63,123 bases of DNA, filler included, from Hyphochytrium catenoides (GCA_900088475.1; 8 parts of 8 records of this genome joined end to end with filler, not necessarily neighbours in it), one strand, 5' to 3'. Numbered from the whole stretch's first letter, positions 28,401 through 40,111 are shown. Notes: generated from the sequence alone by a model not told the origin. Made by a program: numbers and translations.

Positions 28401-31400
28401 ACCGAAAAGACTGAAGCGAGAGAAAAGATCAGGTGAGATCCCGTCAGAGAAAGAAAAGGCATAGTGGGTTAACAACTAGCTTGGCGACGTCTGAAAAGAG
28501 AAAGGGTAAGTTGTGACCCTTGGAGCACGCGGCGATTTACGCGGCCTCGTGCCCAGAAAGTCTACTGAACCAAAGGTCAAGGCATCATGCTTTCAGAAGG
28601 ACGAGTTCCGCCTAATGAGTACGTACAAACGACGACGCAACAAGAAGTGCAAAGAGGGAAGAATAGGCACCAGAGATGGAGAATGGGCAGGGATGATTCG
28701 CGTCCTACCGCCACCAAACACGAACTCAAAATAGTTCCAATAGTTCTCGAGGCTGACGACAAGTCCGTGGTCTGGCCGGAAAGTATTGCATTCCAGTCTG
28801 AAGCAGATCCCACTTCGTATGCCGGCATTCTCAGCGTATCTAAACGGCTGGCGGCTGGTGTCACCCCACCATGGAGTGCATAGAGAGTCGTGGGACGCAC
28901 TGTTAGTGCGACTTCTCGAAGGTATGTTGAAGGTAGGGGCTTTAAGATAGGTTGCTTTGAGCAAGGCAAGATCAGGACCATCGAAGGTATAAGACGATGT
29001 AGTGAGGGAGTCGCAGTGGCCAGTGGGATCCTAGCCGTCACCTCCAGTGAACTTCAAGCTAACGAAGGTATCAAGCAGCTAACAGAAGCGAGGGATGGAC
29101 CATTCCCAGTTCCTACGGTCAAGAAGAAAATGTGGCCAAATACCTGTCCTCAATGAGCCTAGACAGGGTTGCATTCTTTGGTCCTTGTCTTTCCCTGCAA
29201 GTCAGGGCCTCTGCTTCGCTGGAGCCGAAGTTAAACCCTTGGCCGAAGCAGCTATCACTGTACTCATTTCGCCCGCAGTCAAACCGTAGAGGCTAGGAAG
29301 AAACCGGATAGGCACGCGTGGGAGCGAAAGGCTCAGTGGGTTTCATTCGAGCTCACACGTCTTCAGACCCAACGCTATAGTTTCTCTGAGTGCTGACTGC
29401 TAGTTTTCCAGTCTCAAGAGGTATAGACTTTCCTTTGTCTCTTTCAGACCTCTATCGTGTGTGACACCTATAGAGGAACTGCCAGCTTACCTTTCTCTCG
29501 TAGTCGACGGTATGTGGCTTGTACAAGAAGCAGCCTGGGTCTGTCTGGGCGGTAACGTTGTTGGAGGTACAATACTCATGAACTGCCATGCGGCAGAGAG
29601 GTGTACTTTCTCCCCACGCCTGGAACTCGGGAGCCGACTCCATCAGGAAAATGATACACGAAATGAAGGTGACGCCCTTGATGAGAGTATTCAAGGCACT
29701 ATTGAGGACAAAACATGGAGAGGAGAAGAAAGGGGAAGGAAATGAGAAGAACAAGGTTTCTCGTGAGCCTCATCTTGGAAGTAAGAAGCTATACTTGGAC
29801 AGAGCACTAGTTGGTGGGAAGCGCGCGTAGCCACCACGTGATGGAATGAGGGGAGCAAATGATATCCCACGGAATGGCGCTCGCCGTCTGCGTGGGAGTA
29901 TGGAAGCGAACCAATAGAGGGTCAGCCCACCTGGCCATCCAAGAGGATTCAGGCACTTCCATCAGAAACCAGATCTGTCGCCTAAAGTCTTCCCATCTCC
30001 TTTGCTGCCTCTTTGCGACATTCAACACAAATGACTGGCGCTTCGTGCTTGAAGTGGCGAGGCTAGGACAAGAGAAAGAGAGGCCCACAACCGGGAAGCG
30101 AGAGAGCCGCGATAGAGGAACTTCTTTAGGTCCTAATGCAAGCAATAACTGAAGAGGATACAGGTGTGATAGTGGAAGACGGACGGAGTAGTAGGAGCAC
30201 GAGAGAAGGAATGAGTGCCATAATGGTCAGGGCAACGACCACTTGCAATGCTTGGATACAAAGCAAAGCATTGACTGCTCTCTTAGAAGGGATTAGATTG
30301 AAAACCGCAGGGAGAGGGAGCTGGATAAGTCCAAGAGCGAACAAAGAAGCTAAAGTCTCACAGTGGCGCTTTAGGAATGGCAATTGTGGACATTCTTTTC
30401 TGTAGATCGTAGCCGCGTTTGATTGCGAGCATATCACGCTTGATGCTCTCTCTTCGCTTCAGTACTGCTTCCTTCAGTGTCACCTTTGAAAGAGAGAGAA
30501 TATTAACGTGCGCAGCGGAGCCATCATTGCAGAAAATGATAAGAAGGCAGGGCTCTAACCAACAGACAATTGACGCTAAGAGGAGAACTTTGGAACTTCA
30601 GCCTCAGTCCACTTGAGGACTACATGCTCGCCATAGGACAGGATAAGAGAGAGAAGTCTAATAAGCTGGTACCCGTCATCACACTCTGTCGCTGGACTTT
30701 CCCTATGATCCTGTCTTTTTCTTAGCTAATCTTGCACCAGTGAACTATTCTCACATACCCAAGTAGCTGACGAACTCTGCAGTCCTGAGATGTCTTGGAC
30801 CATTCGGTGATGTTGCCTGACCAACAGCTTTCCCGTCCTCTCGGCTAATGCAATGGTTCTCTTTATATCTTGGTGAGTGCAATCGGGGAAAGAGGTGCGA
30901 AGGTCTAATTCTGTGATAGTCTCCACCATTGCATTCAGGGAATTAGTTTGCGCTAGCCAGCGGTCAGTGATGAAGTCATGGGGCCGGGCACAGGTGTAGC
31001 GTCCTTGATTGGTCATCAGACTGCACGTAAGCGGCTTGCGTAAGTGAGAACTCCAGGCAAGAACGAGAAATAACAGGGGCACCATCAACGTCTGGTCTTT
31101 GGGGCTCTCTCACGTCTAATCGCATGCTATGTCCTTCAAGGTAACTCCGTTGTTTACCTGTGTCCACTCTTCTTCGCCTTTGTCGCATCCTGAGGGTTAT
31201 TGCCTATCCTGGCGGCGTCCACCACGAGGATGCTCTGCTTCGACCACTCAGGGACATGGCCTCGAGGGCTGTTCTGGGAGTTGAGTGGGTCGGAGGTGGT
31301 TCTACTATCGTCCTGCTGCAATTTCGTAGCGGCTTGAAGTGTTCGGGCAGTCAGACGGTTCTAGGGTGGAGTTTGAGAAAAGGTTAGAGAAAGAGGGAAG

Positions 31401-33271
31401 TGGATGAGGCAATGCAGTAGGTCATAAAGCTCAAATGTGCTAGAAAGTCGCAGAAAGTGTGGGTGAGATCGGAAGACAAGTCGTTGAGTTGCAGCGGAAA
31501 GAACGAAACGAGGACAGTGGGCATATAATAAAACCAAGACGGACGTTAGCCACCTTGGATGAAGATGTGGACAGACAGGAACGTCAGGGGATGCAAGGTA
31601 TACTGGAGTCAGACAGATCGATGTGGGGAAGCGACGTACCGTCTCGGCATTCCAAGCTGTTTGAAACTCGTTGCCAATAATGGCAAGAGGGATAGAGAGG
31701 AAAAGCGAGCCCAAGACCATGCCCACAGAGCCCACAAGCTTGCCCAATGGTGTTTTAGGTACGAAGTCTCCATAGCCCGTACTCGTCATACTAAAAGGCA
31801 GTAGGTGAGAGGGGCGACGGAGAGAGGGAGAGAGGACTTCGCTTGCTTGAAAAATGGGACGCAGAGAGAGAGAGAGACACTAGAAGATAAAGTGAAAAGA
31901 AGAGAGGAAAGGAAAGCAGATTAAGGCAACTAATATTCCCTTACGTTGTGACCATAAAGTAGGCAGCATTGAGCACGTCATTGAACTTGCACTCGTCCTT
32001 TCCAATGCGAAGCAGGTCTAGCGTGGAGCAGGACTCCACGTAATAGACCAGTGTGGACATCATCATCACCAAGACGAGGAAACCAAACAGCTAGAAGGCA
32101 AAGAGGAATAGTCAAAGAGAGAACATGAGGTAAGCAATAGCAAAGACTACACAGGAGGGTGATGGCGCGTGTAAAGAATGGTGAGGACGAACCCAGAAGG
32201 ACAGTGAAACAGGGGAACACGTGGAGAGAAGCATTGGCTTGGAATATGAAGCTTAGAAGTGTCAGGAGATAGCCTTACGGCAAACGGCGTACCGGGACTT
32301 TTAATGGCCCTGCTGACTCCTTCAACGTGGTCACAATGATTCTAGCACCCGTCCAGTGCTAGAGAGATCGCCGGAGTTAAGGAAGAAGGATGCAGGCAAG
32401 GTTGGGATGTGGGGATTACTTGTGAGCAGCAAGACCACGGAGTAGAATAAGGGCGGACAGAAAAGAGCCAAGAAGGGCAAACCATTGAAGAAAGAAAAGG
32501 CTGACGAAAAAGAATCAGACAGGGAGACGCACAGAAGAGGGAGAGACAGAACTCTAAACGTGCAATGTAGCAGAGGGCCACAGGTCAGTAGAGGTCAGCC
32601 AGATTGCCACCACTCTCTCTCATTCCATGTTCTTGGATCTCCAGCACCTCTGAACCCACTTCTAATGAGTCCTCACCTTGATCAGTCTAAATAACCTCAG
32701 GATCCTAAAAATCCTGCAGACGCGGATGACCACTCCGAAGGGGCTCGTATCCTTATCGTTCAAGCGGATAAGGCCCGCTCTATCCGCATAGAACGGCACA
32801 AGCGCTAGGAGGTCGAACCAGTTCATCAATAGACGCACAAATGGCTTCTCCTGGCCCTCCTCTGTCTGTCTAAGGAATGGACTGTGGCATAGCGCGCGGA
32901 TAAGAAACTCAAGAGAGAAGGCAATGTTGATGCCTGTTTCTATATCAGTGTACATCTGGGGAGGAAGCCAACCAACGTTTGTGTGTGGGGAAGCAGAAGC
33001 GTGAGGGTTGGTAGGTAGGTTGAGGTTAGCACGATGAGAGACACAAAGGAGGGGAGGAGAAAGTCGTAGTGAGGAAAAGTGGGAGTCCGTGTCGCGATGC
33101 AAGTAGACGATAGAAGAGAGACCTAGAAACGAGAAAGTAGACCATCGTAAAGGGTGATGTGAGTTCAGGAGACAAACAAGACAAAGCGACGAGGAACAAA
33201 GGATAGAGCTGATTGCTCAAGTGGACGGGCAACTGTTCAAGCTTGTACCTCTTGGGTTGGCAGAGTAGGTC
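25458..33271 (-). CDS. Tandem two-repeat voltage-gated K+ channel-like protein (2 x S1-S6, two GYG pore loops), 5'-truncated at scaffold start
   Basis: Repeat I: FSLEFLIR, WFDLLALVPFY, S4 IRVCRIFRILRLFRLIK, pore TMTSTGYGDFVP. In-phase linker exons follow. Repeat II: RRQIWFLMEVPESSWMA, FSVEVLLRF, VDTISVVPFY, S4 KLGKLLQCFRLLKFTR, pore TVTTTGYGDIVP. The acidic C-terminal tail is ORF 25458-26237. Confidence 0.9.
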
Positions 33272-33371
33272 NNNNNNNNNNNNNNNNNNNNNNNNNNNNN
33301 NNNNNNNNNNNNNNNTTAATTAATTAANNNNNNNNNNNNNNNNNNNNNNNNNNNNNNNNNNNNNNNNNNNN
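33272..33371. other. Artificial scaffold linker N44-TTAATTAATTAA-N44
   Basis: Identical 100-bp structure. Confidence 0.97.
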
Positions 33372-34097
33372 AGGGCATCTTATAGCTCTTGAGGTGAGAA
33401 CAAGCACAATGCTCTCCACTCACCAGCAACCGGATCGCGTCCTTCAAGGCTGCCGCTGTGGCCTGTGAGCTCACCAAAGCACGGTAAGTCTTCCCGCTGC
33501 TGGTCGCGATATGAGCATAGAGATCTGCAAAGGGTACGCTGTGAGCATATTAAGCAATGGATGAAGATAAATCTTTGAAACCGCCAATGAAGATATGCAT
33601 TCACCTACTTTGATCTTTGAATGTGAAGGCCTCTTTTCCATCCGCATCCAACTCAGGCTGAGGATCATTGAGATCCATATACTGACGGACGAGGTCTACC
33701 ACCTCTGGATACCTCTCATCAAAGTACTGCTTGAATTCTTCGTCATACTTGAGGTTTAGAACGAAGGCTGCAGGAATCGCTGTACAGGACAACGCCATCG
33801 ACTAGTTGAACACCAAGATAACTTGCTTGACATACTTCGAAGAAGGGCTGACCACGTACCTAACGGGGCCAGCGCAGCAAATGCTACCCTCCTGAGCCAC
33901 CTCCGTCGAGCCTTCTGGGCATTTACCACTGCTGCTGAATCTAGGGCTTCAGGCAAAGGTACCTTAGGCGCCCCTGGTTCTGCCCTCGGTAATTGTTGTT
34001 CGGCAGTGCTTAAACCGCGGCGCGCATACTTCTGACAGGAAGAAGGGAAACTCTTTCTCTTCCAGAGAGGAGCAACACAGCCCAGTCTGCGGATCAT
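33372..34097 (-). CDS. Probable mitochondrion-targeted single-pass membrane protein (Mic60/mitofilin-like N-terminus possible), 3'-truncated
   Basis: Arg-rich, acid-free N-terminus MIRRLGCVAPLWKRK...YARRGLST, then ARRRWLRR|SMALSCTAIPAAFVLNL (TM) followed by KYDEEFKQYFDERYPE. Confidence 0.55.
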
Positions 34098-34456
34098 CTC
34101 TCGCTTATGGCTACGGCCCCAGCAGCTGGGCAGTGAGTGTTCCAGACGAGCGAGCGATTGTTTTGTGAGGATCCCAATCAGAAGCTTCAGAACTCGCTGC
34201 CAAACAAGGAAAAGGAATGCAGAGTGCTCATTTGGCCCACCCAGATTTTCATTATAGACTTATAGGGTTTTATGGGATTGATAATAATCCATTTACTTTC
34301 ATTTATTGGGTATGTTCGGGTACAATGGGTGGGTATTATGGGTAGAGGGTATTCACTGTTGCACCTTCAAGGAGAAGATGCCTGTACTGTCACTAGTTCT
34401 ACCCTTCAAGGAGACGGTGATAGCGATAAGCGGAGGCTACGAAGGCGAGAGAAAGT

Positions 34457-35463
34457 TTAGAGAGCCAGCTTGCGCATTGCCATGAGGGCAAATAGAAGCG
34501 TCATTCCAGTTCCAACGAAAACCAAAGGTAAAGCTATAGCACAGCCGTTGTCCATCTTGTTAAAGAGTGTCTGGAGGCGAAAGAAGAGTCAGCACACAGG
34601 TGGTCGCTGATAAAGGAACAATGTCATCCGCTTTTACTTACCGCCAAGGCCACGAACATGTGGAGTAAGCCTACGAATCCCGCTGAGGACAGCATGGCTC
34701 TCCGATATTTGACAAAGGCAACGACAGAGAGAGCGATCTGCATCACAGAGAAGGCCAGTGCATTTAAGGCTGAAGAGAAAAGATAGGCGTTAAGTGTGAG
34801 CAGCATGGAATCTGTCAGAGGAATCGGGGTATACCTGCGACGACCACTACTGGAAGATTTGTGCATGAATCCTCATAGTGCACTCCGGGAACATTGAGAG
34901 TGTTTGCCAAGAGGCTTCCATACATAATGGTCGATTGCATGATGGCAAAGCCCACCCCCGCTGCTATGCCGGAGCTCAAATCATTCAATGGCAGCTTCAC
35001 GTCAGCTGACGTAACCTCCTTGATCTTGCGCTCAGCGCCTGTATATAGTTTGAATAATAGTATTCGGAAGGCTTCCTGCACAACCACGCCGACGGGTACA
35101 ATGAAGTAAACATTTTCCTGCAGTGGCGTCGTCAGTCCACTCACTCGAAGCATGAAGCCGATCCTACGATAGTCAAGTTGATCCGTACCTTCAGAGGAGG
35201 AATGGCCACCCAGATTATGGAGCAAGCTAACAATGAGACCAGCCAAATAAATGCACTGTCACGGGGAGGGAGTCAGCAGTGGTTTCAGTGACAAGAGGGA
35301 GGTTCTGATCAGGCTGATGGAAGCATCTCATCTCTTACCTCGTGACCGTGATAATCACTAGCTGTGCCCGCTTAGCAATGACGAGGAATAGCATAAATAT
35401 GACCGGACTGAAGGCGATCAGCAGGCAGCCAATGAAGAGAGGATAGTCTATAGCTGGAGCCAT
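34457..35463 (-). CDS. APH1: Gamma-secretase subunit APH-1, 5 exons
   Basis: GCLLIAFSP, SAFIWLVSLL, VVQEAFR, AGVGFA, PG..Y..SC and GLLHMFVALATLFN align with the 7-TM APH-1 family. Confidence 0.92.
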
Positions 35464-36606
35464 TTCGGGATAATTGCAATGTCAAATGTAGCCAAGCTGC
35501 TTCGGACAATCAAAGGATTAGGAGCTCCTTCCTTCTACGCTTGTGAATTTCCAGAGCTGTCAACCCTGATTTGCAAGCCGTGCCGTTACTCAATTCGGTG
35601 ACTTCAAAGGCTAGTAAAACCCAGTCTAGCCAGTGAACTCACAGGGTACTGTCCGGCTTCGTATTGCATCGGGAGATTAAGGGATGTCTGGTTAATCAGG
35701 GTAGTCGGATGGGGCAAATCCACGCGGAGTTCAATGAGGCTGGGGTGGCGCAGCGCTTCAACTCGAAGAAGCTTTCTGTGTCGTTGTGTTGGGGTTGTGA
35801 AGGCTATTTGTTGCTGGCAGAACTTGAGAGGAGACCTCTTCCCGCTTCACCTCCCGGGGGAGATCAGGAGTTTGGCACTTCTGGGAGCTCCTTCTTGTCA
35901 AATGGAGCAGGGGTGACCCTCGGAGCCTTGGGGTAGAGTGTCCCCATTAGGGTCTTGGACAGCTGCCAATAGGGGGTTGGCACCCCGGGTTGATGGCCCC
36001 ACCCCTCCTGAGGATGTTGACACTGCGTATTATTATTGGCTTCGAACTCTGTCTTTTCAGGGCTACAGTACTACCCTTCTCTCTCTCTCTCNNNNNNNNN
36101 NNNNNNNNNNNNNNNNNNNNNNNNNNNNNNNNNCACACTTCTCTGACGTTTTAACCCTCTTCCTCATCCTTTCTCTCTCCTTTTTCTGTCTCATCAATAC
36201 AAGTGCTGGCGTTTTTTACTCTCTCTCTCTTTATCCTCCCGTTCTCTCTCGCTCTCTTCTCTCTGTGCCTGAGGACTATCTTTCATGGAACTCTGTCTCT
36301 CTCATCTCCTACAGTCCTCTACAGCTTCTACGCACTTGGTTCTTATGGGACTGCCCCCGCCTGACCCACCGCATACTTACAATTGCCATCATCGTCCATT
36401 CTCAACTTGTGAGGCCGGCGCTGTGCACGCCTACGACAGAAGAGAAGGGCGGCGGTGCTGTGCTTCCGCCGTCTTCATCGGCGGTAGATAAAGAGAACAT
36501 GGTGCAGAGAGGAAGAGACTAACCGATGACGATGAGAGATATGAATAGATTCAGATGAGCTACCTGTGGTTGTGAGGAAGGGTCCTTCAGCTTGCTTCAG
36601 GGCGTA

Positions 36607-38514
36607 ATGGTGAGACACGCCTTAGGATGGGGCCCCAGGCTTGTATGTCTTCTCGTCCTGATACTAGCCACCGTCGGAGCCGATGACAATGCCTCTTTCT
36701 CTGTCGGTCTCTCCGCTTCTCGGAGAGTGCTGCAGTCCCAAGACAATAATAAGCAGGCAGCGAGCGAGAGTTCTTCAACTGGAAGTTGGTCCTTCGTCCT
36801 GCTACCTGTGCTAGTGGCACTAGAGACAGTCCTATCAGCTGACAATGCAATAGCTTTGGCAGCTATCTCTCGCGGACTGGAAAAAGCCATTGACCAAAAA
36901 AGGGCTTTAGACATAGGTAGGTAGGCTGTCGTCCCCTGCTCTGGGTAATGGTTTCCCCTCGTATCCCCTCCCTTTCTCCTCTCTTTGTCTCTCAGTCTGT
37001 TTCTCGGTCTGTCTCTCTCTGCCACTCCCTCCTCCGTCGATCGGACTATGTCCTAGTCTTGCCCTTGCATATCCGTTTTTTTGGCGATGGAACAGCCAAC
37101 ACTCGTCGTTGTTGCACTTCTTCTTGCTCGATGTATACTTCGAACCTTCTGGGCCTCACAATTGGTCATCGCGCAGGCATTGCCGTGGCTTTTGTTCTTC
37201 GCATACTTCTTATTTATTCAGCTACTTGGGTCATTCATTTCTGGCAAATTGAGCTTCTAGGAGCAGGTGCGAGCCACTCGGTACTAAAGTCTATGAATGC
37301 GCTTTCTGACTGCTTCCCATGGTCTCTTGATGCGGCTCGTTGTCTATTTATTCTGGCACCAATGCCAAGCCTAATGGCCTACAACAAAGGGTCTTCATTC
37401 TTAGTGCTGCGCATAGAACTGTCACCTACACCGCGCTTCCACAAGGCTGACCTTATTTTTCTCCTTCGCCTTCATCCTCAACAATGCTATAGCTCCTTTG
37501 TCTAATGAAGCTCTTCTACCCTCAGGATACCTGCTCTGGCTCGCATTCGACTATTTTTACAAAAATGCCGGGCATCTTGGTGACGAAGATGGGATGGAGA
37601 GCCGGCGGCAAAAATTCTCCACAGTGTGGCAGGCCATACCACGTATCGCCGTCACTGACTTAGCCTTCTCTATAGACAGTGTAACCACGGCAGTTGCGAT
37701 ATCCAAGGACACTTGGGTCGTGCTGCTTGGGGGCGCGTTGGGTGTGTTAGCTTTGAGATTCATGGCTGATCTCTTTATTCGATGGACCAAGGAGTATGTC
37801 TATCTTGAAACTGCGGGGTATGTGGCCGTCGCCCTTGTAGGGGCCAGATCTTGCGGTAAGAGCAATCTGGATGGCAAAAAATGTCTCTTCTTGCTTTGCT
37901 CTCAGGCTCCTTAGACGGTCTTCACCTATCCGTCATTGCTTATAATGTACCGGCATTATATGGCAAGCACCGATCCTGGCTGGTGCTTCATCTGCTGTCC
38001 TAAAGCAAAATATCCTTTTCCCCTCTGATGGACAACTAAGCCTCACCCTTTGTACCTTCCATGCTTTCTGTCTTCACTATGATTTAGACTATCCTTGGGG
38101 GTACCGTCTCACGACTCTGTTGCTATTGTAGGAAAGATCCTTCTACCGTCCAGGGTGGTGCCACAATGGCTCCTTATTATGCTGATCGCTGCAGTATTTG
38201 CCTGGGGGTTTTCGAAGAGACAAGTGGCACTTCCCCTAGGGATGGGCACCAGCACGCCAAAGGGGATTATGAACTCAAGACCCTTCACGCCTTCAAAGCA
38301 GCGTTATGACGGCCACAGGCCTGACAATGTGCCGATACAGCGACCCTCGGTTTCTATTCCACCAGTTCCTACTCTTACACCCCCTCCCACCACATTTCAA
38401 GGTTCTGGCGCTCCTCCAGCCTACTGGAGTGTCGTCAATGGTACGGGGAGATTGGGGGTGTTGACACCCAGTCGCGCCGTACCCAATTCTAACCGCAACT
38501 CCTCAGGTTGGTGA
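36607..38514 (+). CDS. terC: TerC-family (YkoY/MeeY-like) membrane protein with N-terminal signal peptide and Pro/Thr-rich C-tail; exons 36607-36916, 37177-37266, 37526-37855, 38132-38514
   Basis: TerC signatures LETVLSADNAIALA, AFVLRILL, GAGYLLWL, IAVTDLAFSIDSVTTAVA, LRFMADLFIRW, YLETAGY..VALVG. Three phase-1 GT-AG introns. Confidence 0.92.
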
Positions 38515-39120
38515 GAATCTCAACTACCTAACATACTTTCTTAGCCTTTGGAGTTCTTCCGTTGTGACGGACGGAGTTTATGACCGTTGCGCTGTTCGCA
38601 TTCACCTCTGCTATCACCGTGTCAGCTTCATATAATCTTTGTGGACGCCGCTTACACTTTGTCCGACTTGCGCACCCTCACGTGATTTTCTTAAAAGCCT
38701 GGTCTCTACAGCTTCTTAGTGCTAAGCATTTGCGTATAGATGACTGACGTGATCTCGTTTCTTTTCCTAAGTGCCCCTCAAGTACTCGTAAGGACAAGCA
38801 GAGTATCCCGTTGGCTACTTATTTATTCCCCACTAATAGATGAGATTCATGATAGAGGCGTCATCCAGTCCAGACCATAAAGGGCATCACAGGCCTTTCT
38901 CTCTTGATTAAATCAAATGGCTTTACAGGTCTAGAGCATGGTGATCTCGCCCCATCAAATGACATGGCACTGAACACTGCGGTTACCAGCCTTTTGTAGA
39001 CAATTCGTATGGTGATTGACAGACCTATGAGTCAAAGTCGGATTCAGACGAGAAAGTTACCTATTTAGGTGTTGGTGGTTGACGAAAAGAAGGTTAATAA
39101 AACACTTACGTGCTGAGCTT

Positions 39121-39220
39121 NNNNNNNNNNNNNNNNNNNNNNNNNNNNNNNNNNNNNNNNNNNNTTAATTAATTAANNNNNNNNNNNNNNNNNNNNNNNN
39201 NNNNNNNNNNNNNNNNNNNN
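39121..39220. other. Artificial scaffold linker N44-TTAATTAATTAA-N44
   Basis: Identical 100-bp structure. Confidence 0.97.
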
Positions 39221-39567
39221 GTCTCTCTTCCCTTTTTCTCTCACCTTTCTCTCTCTGTCTTTCCTTCTCCCTTCGGTCCGTCTCTCCTCGCTCTCGCGCG
39301 GATAACCAAGTGCTTGATCACACCGCAACTTCCTCTCCTCTCCCTTTTTCTCTCTCCGTAAATCTGTACATGCACGAGTGTCATGTGTCCTACTGGACGG
39401 GAACTTCCAAGACAGAGAAAGAGAGGCAGTCACTGAGGAAAGAGAGAGAAAGAGACGAAGAGCTAGCTGGGGAGTGTGAAGAGAGGAAAGCTACTTAACT
39501 ATTCTCCTCCATGAAGCTCCTGAGGCTGTAGGAGAGAGAGAAAGAGACACACAAGCTAGGCAGGACT

Positions 39568-39694
39568 ATGAAGGTCGGAAGCTATAGAGGCGGAGTCCGT
39601 GTCGGCATAGGTCGGCCCCAAAGAGTCTACTTCCTCTTCTCCATCACTCTCTCTCTCACTCTCTCTCTTTGCGTCTCCCTCTCATCACGCTTTG

Positions 39695-39747
<53 letters not shown>

Positions 39748-40076
39748 AATCCACCTCTCTCTCTCTCAGCCTCTTTCTCTTTTCTTGTCTCACTCTCTCT
39801 CTCTGTTCTTGTCTCCCACTTTCTCTCTCTGTTCTTGTCTCCCACGTTCTCTCTCTCTCTCTTCTTGTCCCTAATTCTCTCATTCTCTGTTTCTCACTCT
39901 CCTTCTCTTCCCCATTCCTCTATTGCGGTTGACATTCCCTTCTGTCCGCAGATCAGCAAGGCAGTCTGCAAGAAAGACGCAACGGCGATGCTCTGCCAGA
40001 TCAGCAGGTAGGCACAGACCATACACGAGCAGCTGAGCTCTCTGTCTTTCTCTCTTATTCTCTCTCTGTCTCTCTC

Positions 40077-40111
<35 letters not shown>

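Noticed and set aside
35664-36522. ORFs upstream of TerC as extra TerC exons or a separate gene
   Set aside because: They are interrupted by an N gap, have no motif, and end in a stop at 36522 before the TerC ATG. Neither reading can be supported.
34457-38514. APH-1 and TerC (and other neighbours) as a functional gene cluster
   Set aside because: Adjacency in a compact eukaryotic genome is not evidence of shared function, and the scaffolds are artificially joined.
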